Shown: piece by piece, positions 1 to 11,895 of the stretch
Position numbering within the stretch: position 1 is the first letter of the stretch
Layout: the number at the start of each line of letters is the position of its first letter
Assembly (NCBI GenBank): GCA_002269645.1
Contig: NIVC01000203.1
Span: 1-54,477 of the forward strand
Direction of reading: 5' to 3'
DNA: 54,477 nucleotides
Origin: Macrostomum lignano
Taxonomy: Eukaryota
Translations under genes and position numbers: made by a program
The notes under the pieces: generated by a model
Told to the model about the DNA's origin: nothing
The model's input: only the letters and a program-made list of their open reading frames with translations
The model's database searches: none

Positions 1-620
1 ACATTCTCAGCTAGTTTCTCAAGCATTCCGTCATCATCCCGACGCCATCGGCTCCTTCAACAGATTACACCAGGTGACTATGGACATCCTGTTGCAAAAA
101 TGTTAGGTTTTTCTTATCAAGCTTCAAATAATGGGCAAACCTCAACTGCTGGACATCCTCAGCTAATCAGTCAAGCATTTAGCCATCACCCGATGCCGTC
201 GCACCTTCAACAGGTGGCAACAGCCACAGCTATTGAGGGTCCAGAAGCTCCACTTGGTGAAGACTAGTGACCAACAAAGTCAGAACTGATGCAGACACAT
301 GTGTTTGACATGCTGATGAAATTTGGAGACTTGGCAAGGCTGCACTAAGGCGCAGTGCTAATTGGCGCACAGGGGTGTACTGAATACACTAGCACTTATG
401 GGAAAAATCTGACCTGGCAGAATCATTGAATATCTCGATGGTCCAAAGGGCTGGTGACTTGATTCTTGTTTGAGAAGGTACGCAACAAAAAGTTAGCCCG
501 TGTTCTTGAATTTTGTGTGCCTTTTTCGTGTGCCTGTGTTGCTGGCACAGCAAAAAAAATTGTCAGGGGAGGGGGAGAGAATTTTTCCCCCCTCTTGGTA
601 GTTCAACGGGTAGAAAAATG
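1..620. repeat. Dispersed degenerate repeat family, copy 1 (homologous to segments in STK11 intron 15415-16480)
   Basis: 61-215 aligns by eye with 15556-15710 and 15925-16010 (shared CAAACCTCAACTGCTGGACATCCTCAGCT and TTTTCTTATCAAGCTTCA). 235-380 aligns with the reverse complement of 15415-15560. 575-620 aligns with 16430-16480 (CCCCCTC..TTGGTAGTTC.ACGGG). Confidence 0.8.
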
Positions 621-2393
621 GCTTGGTATTCCTACTGTTAATATGTGCTTTTATTTTTTGGCACTTGAATTTTTATGGCAAGCTTTTTATGGGTTTTTGT
701 ATAATTTTTTTTCATGAATCCCTAAAAAGAATATTGATATTTATTTCTTTACTATTAATATAGTACTCAGTGGCTTTGTTTTTAAATGCAATAACTTTTG
801 ATTATTTATTTGACTATTTGGTAACAAAGTGTGTCTATTTCAATAACAAAATGGGTATCTACTTCTGTAACAAAATATGTCCACTTTGGTAATAGCATTT
901 GTCTACTTCCTATAAAAAGTGATGCCTATGAATATGAATAGGTGCCTATGATGCCTATGAACAGCTAATTGTTATATACTTCATATGTATAAAATATTTT
1001 GCAACATTAAAAAATTTAGGATAAAATAGTAAAACAAATCTGTAGACATTTGAAGGAAGGCAATATAATAGAAAATGCTTTTTGAAAGGCATATGTCTAA
1101 AAATAATTCTTGATAGCCACTTGTTTTTTTTCAAATAAGTAAATTGTTAATAATAAGTCTTGGGTTGGAGACTTAAGCAATAGAGCTTTTTTATGCTAGG
1201 TTAGGGCAATAAAGGCAAGAATATAAATTTAAGATAATGATTTTACTCTAAATAAACTAGGGGCTTTAAAGTCTATTGTCAAGGACTTAAAAACAGATTT
1301 TCAATGTCATATATATATTGTGTGGTTTGGGCAATATTAGCTAAATTTAGGATAAATGCCTATTAATAAATGACAAGTTTTAACTATTTCCATTATCTTT
1401 TATATCATCATTATATTATAGTAACTAATAAAACTATTGCCATTTTGGATTCAATTAAAAGTTATATAAAGCTATATCTATTGTTTAAATATCCCTAATA
1501 AAGAATCTTTATATCTATAACAAATATTTCTTGTTTCTTAGTCCAAAACAAACACTTTTAGTATTGTAATAGATAATAAAAGTAGAATTTATCAACTTCT
1601 ATAAATTCTTTGGTTCAGAAAGGCTTATATAACAATCTAAAGATAGAGTAGATATTGATATTTCATTGATATTTTATTATAGAATTTTTTACAATGGTAG
1701 CTAAAGCATTTTTATAATCAATTTAACATATTGAGTTTGGAATCAGGATGCCAAATGGCACTGGGATTGTGATGTTAGAAAACTTAAGCTTTTTTGTATA
1801 TAGATTCAATCTTGAAATTGGTTTAGAAATTTTTCTTTAGTAGCCAAACATTAAAGCAATAGACTAATAATTTTTTCATCTGTATTAACTGGCATTGACT
1901 GGTGTGTTTATTAGATTTTCTAAGCTTTCTAGATTTTCAGTTCAGGCTCTTTGGTCAAAGCCTAAAGAAACTCTACGTTCAAGATTCAGTAAAAATATCT
2001 ATTCACATGGATTTTGTATGCTTTTCAGTTTTTTTTAATTAACAGTTAAGGCATCATTGCTTGAGTTGTTAGAGAGTTGTGAATGTGTTTAATATATGAA
2101 AAGAGCCACATTTTAAGATAAGTCGACGAGGACTGATCGATAAAATAATTTATAGTATATTTGCTATATAAGTTTATAGCATGAAGTTACTCTTTTTGCC
2201 AGACTCTTTGGTCAGTGCATGGTGGGTAGTATGACTTCCCAACAGTCTCAGCAGTCTACAATCTGTACACAGCCAGCATGCTTTGTGCAATTGTAGCGGT
2301 TTGGGAGTACATCTTTTGTTATTTGTTATTTGTTATTTTTGTACTAATGAAGCCTTGCTGTGCCGCTCATGGTCAGTTGGGACTTAATCCATC

Positions 2394-5300
2394 ATGTCCA
2401 GCGAGCAGGAAATAGCACCGGCTGGCAATGCCGCCGCCGATGGCCAACATCAGCCAGTCGCTGAAGATGCACAGACGATTGTCGAACCGGCAAACTCTGT
2501 TAACAACAATTCCGACGCGTCAGTTGGCGACGCTGACACTTCTGCCACCATCGCCGCCCCAGCCAAGCTGAACGGGCTAGCAACTAGCGGCGGGATTAAA
2601 AAGAGTCAACGGGTTCGCGTCATGGGCGCCAGCGGCAAGCACAATGACAAAGACCTGGCGGAGATGTTTGGCAAATACGGCGACGTGGCGAAGATCGAGC
2701 CGCACAATTATCAGGAAGGCGTGCTAGTCGTCTCCATGGACTGCGTCGATTCGGCCAATCGGGCGGTGGCCGAGCTGAACAATGTGGAATTCCAGGGCCA
2801 GAAGCTGATTCTCAATAATGATTCGGCTAACCAGCGCCGCCTTAATCAGCAGAGGCGGAGCGCTCCGCCGGCCACCAGCCTGCCGCTTAGGGAGAATTAT
2901 CCTCTGCGCATATTAATCAATAGCGATCTGGTTGGCGCCATTATTGGCAAAGGCGGTGAAACAATCAAGGAGATTACTAATAAGACTAAAGCGCGAGTTG
3001 ACGTTAAACGTGAAGTCGTGCAGAAGAATGCCCAGCCTAAGAAGGTCAGTGGTTGCTAAAGTATACATCTTACCTACTGTCTTCTTTCGTATTAATAATA
3101 TATATTTTTAAATATTTGCATCGGTCTATGGATTCAATTAATAGAGCATTACAAACATTTGGTATGTGGGGACTAGTTGTCTTAGCCCCCTTTAGCGGGC
3201 AGTCATAGTTTAGAAAATTAGCATATTTGATGATAGCACACTGAGCTTGAATACATTCTGAAAGTAATATTTTATTTAGAAATTTATTATTGTGTAAAAC
3301 GCTACGTGCATAAGTTTACAGAATGGCTAAAAATTACACTGACACAAAGACGAACCCTTATGACAGACCATAAAGAATTTACTGAGACAGAAGCTGATGC
3401 ACTTACTAAGACAGCTATTTTGTCTTATACCTTGGCAGGCAGACAGAGACAAAAAAACAAATTATCTTAGACATTTAATATGTACAAATGAAAAGTTCCA
3501 TACTCTATGTTTGTGTATCCCGTTGAAAACGTTACCGTGACAAGAAACGCTAAAGAGCCATTGCAAACAACTCACTAGTGACTCAAGCGACTCTTCTGAG
3601 GAGACTCTTTGGTGATTTTTTGACAGACCATGTGACGAAGAGGCGACTGTTGAGTCACAGGTGCATGACGTGAGTTTTAGAGTAAAAAAATGGTCGCGAA
3701 AAAATCGTCAAGGTCCCGCATTGTTTAATGCTTACAAGATCCCGAGGAACTTCCTCATTTAGACACCATTTCCCTCGGCCATTCAGCTAGGCTACAAAGC
3801 ATTGTTCTCAAGACGAAATCGGACTTCAAAGGGATTTTTAATTTCGCGCACCTGCTTCCCTCCTATTATTGCAATTTTTTCAAACATTCCATATTTGCAA
3901 TACTATCATTTTTTGCAGAGCTCGCCGCGTAGTCCAGAGAAGGGAGACGCGACTGAAGCAACGGCTTTGAGCGAAAGACTTCAGGTTAGTCGGGGAAAAA
4001 TAATCTTAGATCTCTTTGATTCTGTCGTCATGTAAATCCACTTTCATTAATAATGAATATGATTAGACTGTTGGCCCTTTCTATCAATGAAAGCAATTCA
4101 AAATTCCAATGCTCTTCTCGTGGGCGGTCCATACTATATTTAGCCGACTTGTGTTTTTGTGTAGTTTTTTCCCGATTTTTGAACGAAGAATCGCTAATTT
4201 TATGCACAGATTGTCTTCGTGTACGGCTCGCCGGAGTCCTGCTCCGACGCCTGCCGCGAGATCATGTCCATCTGCATTGGCGAGGCCAAGGAGAAGGGCA
4301 AAGAGTAAGTCCTGTCTGTCTAGATATGTGTGCGTTTAAACCCCCCCCCTCCAGTGGGGCTTAACACCGGCTTCAGAAGCTTGACATTTCCAGACTCTGC
4401 TGTCAACCCCTTCCCATGCACTATTTGTTGTTTTGAAAGTAAAATATCTCGTCCTATTCCACTGATTGCAGGGAGCCCGATCTTGGCATTCTGGCGGAGG
4501 ACCGTTTCTGCGGACGGATTATTGGCAAGGATGGCAAAAATTTGAATACGATTCGCGAAAAGTCTAAGACAAGCATACAGTTGTCCAAGTATGCAGTTTG
4601 TTTACATCAATTCATAACCGTCTACTCTCCCCCATTGTCTCTTTTTGCCTTTAACCCCTTGCTGCTTTTTGCCCTTTAGCCTTTCCCTCTTGTCTCTCCC
4701 TTGAGCCCCTTGTTTGTCCACTTGACCCCTTGACCTCCTTGTCTTTCCCATTGACCTCTTGCCTGTCCCGTTGACCCCCTTGTCTTTCCCCTCGACCCCC
4801 TTGTCTCTCCTCTTAAACCCTTGTCTTTCCTGTTGACCCCTTGTCTTCCCCTTGACCCCCTTGTCTTTCTCCTTGACCCCTTGTCTGTCCCGTTGAACCC
4901 CCTTGTCCCTTACCTTGACCCCTCTTCTCTGTCCCTTTGAACCCCTTGTCTCTTCCCTTGACCCCTTTTGTCTGTCTCGTTGACCCCCTTGTGTGGCCCA
5001 TTGACTTCCTTGGCTCTCCCCTTGACCCCCTTGGCTCTCCCCTTGACCCCCTTGGCTCTCCCCTTGACCCCCTTGGCTCTCCCCTTGACCCCCTTGGCTC
5101 TCCCCTTGACCCCCTTGTCTGTTACTTTGACCCATTGCCTCCCTTGATTTGAATAAGCGCCTCTGACAAAACGTTTTCTCGCAAAATTTTCAGCTCGCCC
5201 ACCATAACCACCTACGATTCGAGTTCTCCAACATTCAGTCTTGACCGAATCATCACGGTAAAGGGCAGCTTAGAAGGCATGTGCCAGGCTGAGAAGTTCC

Positions 5301-6691
5301 TATCTGAGAAGCTGCGCCAGTGTCACACTATCGATATGCAACAGTACAGCTATGCGCCCTCCGTTAGCCAGGGCTACCCGGCTCCCTATCAGCCTGCCGA
5401 ATTTGGTAAAGTTTTGATTATAGATTGATAATTTTATAATCCTGTGCTATCCTACTTTGAGTAGCCTGTCTCTAATATGGCTGAATATAACTTATTTGTA
5501 GGCTATCCGGCTCCCGTGCCAGGCATGCTGCCGGCCCCTGGGGCTCCGCTGCCCGGCTACTCTGCTGCCGGATTTCGCCTCGGCATGCCCGCCAATCCTA
5601 CGGCTGCCACGTTTGCGCCTTTGCCGTCGCCTTCGGCCGCTGCCGCAGCCCAATACGGCGCCGCCGCTATGCAGGCACCAACGCAACCACCTCCACCGCC
5701 GCCGCAGCCGCTGCCGGCGCATCATCACCAGCAGCAACATCATGGAGGCCATCTAGGCATGGTTGGCATGATGCCAATGGCGCCGGCCGGCCCGGCCATG
5801 TTTGCACCTGCGCCGCCCCCGCCGCAGGCTGCTGTAGAAGAGATCCGATTGGACGAGGCCGTGTACATGCGAATCCCGCACGCCAGCGCCGGCGCCGTTA
5901 TCGGATCCGACGGCGTTTCGATTAAGAAAATCATGGAGGACACAAAGACCTACGTGAACGTTAGCAAGGTGAACGTCGATCCGAAACGCGACGGCGAGCT
6001 GCCGCAAAGACTCGTGACGATCCGCGGCCCGCCTGGCAACCAGTGCCGAGCCCAGTGGCAAATCTTTCAACGAGTTCGCGCCTCGGTCAAGCAGCAGGAG
6101 ACGCCGGACGTGTCCGAACGAGATTTGCGCCTGTGGACGGTGCTGCGCGTGCCCAAGAAGTGGATCGGCCGTATCATTGGCAAGCAGGGCAAGACTGTGC
6201 GCAACCTGCAGGCCACATCTGGCTGCATTATAAATTTACCAGACGAGCCCGATATGCCCGAGGAGCGGGATCAGAGTCTGGAGATTTACGGCAACTTCGA
6301 CTGCACTCAGCTGGCTCTGACTAAAATACGGGCACTTATTAGCCAGGCTCAGGTTCTGCACCAGCAGCAGCTGGCCGCGTCGCTAGCCTATCCGATGCCA
6401 GCCCCGGCTATGCATAGCTATCCGCCTATGCCGCCTGTCATGCCGCCAAGGCTGGCTCCTTACCCGGCGCCGCGGGCCGACTACATGCCAGCCCATGCCG
6501 CTATGCCGCCAATGCCCAGCTATCAGCCACCGCCTCCTCCTCGGGGGCCGCCGCCTCCAAGGCAACAACAGCAGCAGCAGCAGCAGCCTCGCACCGCTGC
6601 TGGTCCATCTGCTGTTGCGAACGGCCACGCCGGTCTGCCTGGAAGCAGCGGCGACGCGAAACAGCAGGCTAGTCCGCCCGTGCCCGCCTAA
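2394..6691 (+). CDS. IGF2BP: IGF2BP/Imp (ZBP1/VICKZ family) mRNA-binding protein, 1 RRM + 4 KH domains, 776 aa; exons 2394-3044, 3919-3984, 4210-4304, 4472-4588, 5194-5405, 5502-6691
   Basis: All five introns are GT..AG with matching phases (0,0,2,2,1) and the exons sum to 2331 nt = 777 codons. KH motifs: LVGAIIGKGGETIKEI, FCGRIIGKDGKNLNTI..DRIITVKGSLEGMCQAE, AGAVIGSDGVSIKKI, WIGRIIGKQGKTVRNLQ. N-terminal RRM ends AVAELNNVEFQGQKL. RRM + KH1-2 + KH3-4 layout matches IGF2BP. Confidence 0.93.
4610..5150. repeat. Pyrimidine-rich ~21-bp minisatellite in IGF2BP intron 4
   Basis: Degenerate GACCCCCTTGTCTTTCCCCTT units, ending in about 5 near-identical CCCCTTGACCCCCTTGGCTCT copies at ~5005-5110. Confidence 0.85.
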
Positions 6692-6693
6692 GG

Positions 6694-6781
6694 GTAAGCA
6701 TATTTGTCATTAGTTGCTGTATTGCTATAAATGCTATCATTTAAACAGAATTTTTTATTGCCACATTTTTCAATTTGACAG
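6694..6781 (+). other. Probable 3'-UTR intron of IGF2BP starting 2 nt after the stop codon
   Basis: TAAGG|GTAAGC donor at 6694 and TTTTTCAATTTGACAG acceptor ending at 6781; no transcript evidence available. Confidence 0.55.
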
Positions 6782-9700
6782 ATGAAATTTGACGCGAGGC
6801 AGCGACAGCAGAAGAGATGACAAATTTATAATTTTATTATTGCTGAATTTCTTTGATTTCTTTGGTGCGAACGAACCCTCCGCCTGCGCTTGCGTTGCAA
6901 CAAAAAATAGTTATTAAAATTATAGAAATTTTGTTTTAATTGAATGGTTGAAGATCAACGAAAAGCTCCCCGTGTGCGTCCAATATTGGATTGCTAGATT
7001 CGTTGTTAACAGTTGTGGGAATGAATACTTAAATATTTATATTCATTGTTTTGCTTTGTTTTACTTTCTCGAGCCTTTGTTAAGCTGCTTATTTTTATTT
7101 ATATATTTTATAAAGAAACTAATTTGTGCCAGGAGAGTTTGCTTTGTGTCGCGTAGAGACGGAGATATTCGGAGCGTTTTGTTGTTGTTAGTAGCAATTT
7201 TTTTACAGCAAAGAGGCTCCTTGGCCGATTGCGACTCGAACGCGCCGGGGCCGAGCGTGTGTTTGCGCGTTTTTTGTGCATTTTTCGTCTATCGAGCGAC
7301 TTTCAGGGATTTTTTTCCCTAAATAACACACACAGCGAACTGGTGATGCGTCCGGCTAGGGCTGGGGTGAATTTTGTGGGTTTTTTTCTCTTTTCTTTGT
7401 TGTCTTTTTTGCCGAATGGACAGTTTTAACTGGGCGAGTCCTTGTGCAGCTGGCTGATTGATAACTGACACCAAATGTCCCTCTATCCATCTATCCCTCT
7501 AGCACTTAGGTATGCTAACTATATCAACAGGCATTCTTTGGTCCCTTTTCTGTGCTTCCATAGGTTCTATTGTGATGGCTGGCTGTGTCAGCAACCGCCC
7601 CCTGTGGTTTTGCCCCTCAGCAGTTGCAGTCAGCTCGTAGCACAGGCGTTTGACTCGGCGCCATTCGGCAAAAATCCAGCTTGCTCAGCCAGCAGACCCT
7701 GGCCCGTTGCACCGGCTCCGCTGGCCAAATACAATGTCAACTTTGTTTCTTCGTGTCTTTTGTATCTTTTTTTCAAGTTTTTTTTTCATTTTTTGGCAAG
7801 TGTTCTGGGGCCCGACCCGATTAACGGCCCCCAGCCTTTTACACTTGCAGGCTGGTGTTGAGAATGTGTGCTAAGACAAATAGGTTTAAAAATACTTAAA
7901 TGTGAAACTTAAGAAAAAAGCATTGTATTTTGTATTGAATTATATATTTTATTTCTTACAGACTCTTCTTGGTCACGAATAGTTTTCTGCCTTTTTTTAT
8001 ACGAAGTCTTGTGTTTTACGTAACTATATATTTGTATAAATTAATGCTTCTGTTTGCTGAAATTATAAATTACTAAAGCTTATTAATAAAATAACGTCAA
8101 GTCCACTTACTTCGAGCATAAAGTAGAATTAACCAAAATATTATCCATAACAAAAGGCTATACTGTACTTACAAATATTATCACCTGCCTCTTCTCTTTA
8201 CCTTATGAATCGGAAAGGCCCGCTTGTCGAATAATTTTCTGTCGCGCGCACCTCAATGAAAGCAAAAACAATTCTGGCACATATCCAACGCAACCGAGTT
8301 ATCATTGCCGTTTTTTAAACAATCTCTGCTTCCGTGTGCTGACTAAGTTCAATACCAGTTATTTCAAAAGCAGAAGTTATTTAAATAAATCTGTTTTGCT
8401 AGACAGGCAAATCTCGCATCGCTTTTGCCAACTCGATCTTCCTGTCCTGAAAAAAGTGTTCCGGAACTCTCTCTCTCTCCGCGTTCTCCTGTTTGCTGTG
8501 CAACGACTTTTATTATTTGTCGGTAATTTTCCTAATCGGACTTCGCGTCTCTGGCCCTCTCCTGCCCTCTTTGTTTTGCTCTTTTTTATTTGGTTTCTTT
8601 ATTATTTTCTGTGCAAAACTACTAGGCCGTGCTCACAATATTACTTTCTGAGTAGTCTCTATGCATATACACTTGTATTTTTGTTTCTATTTGTCCTGCT
8701 AGCACCTTGTCCCAAGCAATTTTTTCCCATCCTCCTGTTTTCTCCAGCCAATTTTTTTGTTCTGCAATCTGTGTTTGAATATCTTTTTTGTACGTTTTTC
8801 CTATCTGCTAGACTATATAGAATGAATTTCTAGAGTATCTTAAGCTAAATAATAGCGGTTTAAAAATAACCGATAAAAACAAGCCCTCCTGAAAAATCAG
8901 ATACTGTGTCCCAAGTTTTAACTAGAGCTCTGTTTAAATAGTAGCTCAAAGCTGTCCCTTCTACTACTAGTGCTCAGAGAGCAGTGCTTTAATATCCAAT
9001 ATACTGCACCGATATTCTTAATCCTTCTGTAGCCGCGCCAGTAGGTCCTGCTTTGTAAAAAATCAATAAGATATTACTATTAGTAGCTAGTTCATGCGTT
9101 ATTCTTAGCTTTATAATTTGTTATGTTTGAAGCTTCCTAAATTTTTTCTTATTTAGCATGCCGTAATTAGTTTTTCTATCTGTTGCAGTGAAGCCTCTAT
9201 CCGTAGCAAACTTATAAAACAGTTTTCTCTGCTTGTTTCACCGTTTTCTGCTTTTCTATATTTCATATTTTCCTGTTCGCGATATTTTCCTTGCAGTTTC
9301 CCGATCCGATTCTCCAAAATTTGTTTCTAATTATTCTCCCACTTTTGTTTGTTCTGCCCCTTTTTTGAAACCCCCATTTCTTCTTTTCTCCAACAGCAAA
9401 GTTCAAAATTTTTAAAGCTGTAGTCGCCCCGCTTCATTCAGTAGGCAGTAGTTCAAGAAGCTCAACATTTATTAATGTAGACTATAACAGTTAAATAAGT
9501 TATTGCCATCGTGAATTAAAGTTTACTCGCCCGCAGATTATAAGCTAAGCTAACCAAAATCGAATTCCGATGCAAGTTCAATTAGCGCTGCTCTCGCTAT
9601 CTAAGTCTGAAACGCAAGCGGGCACTCAGCTTGTCAGTTATTAATATAATCTAAATCCTCTGCTAAAAATTTCTGCCGACGGATTTTTCTTATCCCATTG

Positions 9701-10084
9701 TCAACTAACACTGTTATCAGATTCACTTGTTAATAATAAGAGCTACGTATAAGTATAAATTAAAAATCCCAACCCCTGTGTTGATCCACCTGCCACCGGA
9801 AACAGTAAACAACATCTTATGTTTTGGTTGAAAAGAAGCTTAATAAATAAATTGAAATGTTTTTTCAAGGAAAATTGTGACCATTTTTCTCGTCTTCAAC
9901 TTTTTTATCATTCGCATCGCTTGAAAAACAGCACACAAGAAAACGTTGAAGGCATGCAAAACGAAAAAAAACTACTAAGAAATTAAATATTATGTTATAT
10001 ACAAAAATATTTGTTTTAAATTTGGATGATGCAAAACTAGATCGATTCGCAATTCAGGAAGCGTGACGCACGTGCATAGATATA

Positions 10085-11267
10085 GGGCCCTTTCATATTG
10101 CTTGTTCTGGTTCCAGAACCAGAACCAATTTGTGAAGTATAACTTTTTGTCTCCATAACTAGAGGGAGATACGTGCTATAAATTTTTTATTATTGAATGA
10201 CAATCGCCAAGAAGAAAGTGAAAAATTGTGCTAAGTGAGGTTGTTAAGGCAGTCAAACATTCAACAGAATTAAATATTTATACTGCTGTTTTTCTTGGAA
10301 TTCCGAACCGATTCTGATTCTGGAATTGGTAATATGAAAAGCCTCATAGATAACCGATTACTAAGCGAAGTAAGCTTAAGCGTAAAGCTAGCTTGTTCTG
10401 TAAAGTAAACATACTTTAAGCTTAAGCTAAGCGAATTTCTGTCATATACGTGAATTTTGTAGAATTTACATGTACATAATTTATCAGTTAAGAAGAAATC
10501 AAGGGAGGGTTTTGCTGGTTGAGCAAGTTGGGATTGGGGAGCAATTTGAGAGGTCAAGGGAACTGCAGCTACATGTACATCTCAATATACTAAACATTCT
10601 ATATTACATGTTTGTTTGATGCGCGTATGAAATATTCCAATTTTTAGTCAGTGAATGTAAAGACGAACTTTTAGGACAGTCTATTTAGATGTTATCCTGC
10701 ATTCCGTCATGTAACATTGTAATGTATTCATATGATTCAGCTGTACAGCAAAATCTCATTCCTTTCGTTGATACTTTAAAAAAATATAAGCATAATAACA
10801 AACAAATGTTAATACAAATAAGCTTAGGTCCTTTTTAATTTTTTTATTTACGATAGAGTAGGCCTATTTTAAGTTTTATTATGCTTGTAATTAATAGACC
10901 CATAGTTTGGTGGAATTTGCAGTTTAAAGTTTGACCGAGTAATACCGGGTGATAATTTTCAAGCTTAACTTTCATGGACATTGGGCCTTTCGCCTTTTAA
11001 TATTGCTTGTTCTGGTTCTAAAACCAGATCCAATTTGTAAAGTATAACTTTTTGTCCCCTTAACTAGAGGAATATACGTGCTATAAATTTGTAGCTATTG
11101 AATTGCAATAGCCAAGAAGAAAGTAAAATTTGTGCAAAAAGAGGCTGTTGTTAAGGCAGTCAAACATTCAGCGAAGTTAAATAGCTATACTTTTTTTATA
11201 GGCCTACTGCTTTTTTCTAGGAGATCCAAATCGATTTTGGTTCTGTAATCGGTAATATGAAAATCCT
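10085..11267. repeat. Pair of diverged ~260-280 bp direct repeats (10085-10345 and 10983-11267)
   Basis: Both copies share ATATTGCTTGTTCTGGTTC, AAGTATAACTTTTTGTC, TACGTGCTATAAATTT, GCCAAGAAGAAAGT, GTTGTTAAGGCAGTCAAACATTCA and GGTAATATGAAAA in the same order. Confidence 0.85.
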
Positions 11268-11479
11268 AATTATAAAAACATCAGCTTTGGCTCATAATTT
11301 TGGAATGCATTAAAAATGAATAATTTATTAGGCCTAATTTTTGTTAAATTATTGCTACTGCTAACATTAACAGCTATATGTTGATAAATCAACAAAACTA
11401 TTTCCTTTTTATGTACAAGCATTGAAACTACTAGGCGCCCTAGTACCAGGCCCCTACTAAATTGCCTACTAAAAGGCAA

Positions 11480-11895
11480 GGCAGTTGTTATCTGTCCAGT
11501 GACCGGACAAATAGCAATGTGGTTATTTGTCCGGTTACTGGATCCTGACCATGCTTTCCTATTCATCCGGTTAATACCGGACAAATAGACATTTTGATAT
11601 TTGTCCAGTTAAATTGATAATGCTAAAATATCTAGTTTATAAAAACCACAAGGGTAAATATTCCTAGACTTCAAAGACTTCTTACTCGTGTCGTGTCTTG
11701 ATTATTATATTGTTATACTAGTGTGTGTCTTATACACCAAATTATGCCATATTGAATACACTGCTTTATACGAGAAAAGGTCTAAAAAAATCTAGAATAT
11801 TCATCACAAAACAAATAAGATATTTGTGTTAGCAATTTAACCGGACAAACAGCAAAAAGGCTATTCGTCCGGTCACTGAACAAATAACAACTGCC
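11480..11895. mobile_element. Non-autonomous Mutator/MULE-like MITE, 416 bp, ~60-bp TIRs, 9-bp TSD
   Basis: TIR GGCAGTTGTTAT.TGT.CAGTGACCGGAC.AATAGC is present at both ends in inverted orientation. Perfect 9-bp TSD AAAAGGCAA at 11471-11479 and 11896-11904; 9-bp TSDs are typical of MULEs. Confidence 0.85.

Noticed and set aside
4602-5135. QGGQGES-repeat ORF on the minus strand
   Set aside because: Antisense reading of the 21-bp intronic minisatellite in IGF2BP intron 4.
5477-5501. ATG at 5477 as the start of a separate 404-aa KH protein
   Set aside because: It lies in the 96-nt intron 5; acceptor TTTGTAG at 5501 joins upstream exons in frame. An internal start cannot be excluded but nothing supports it.
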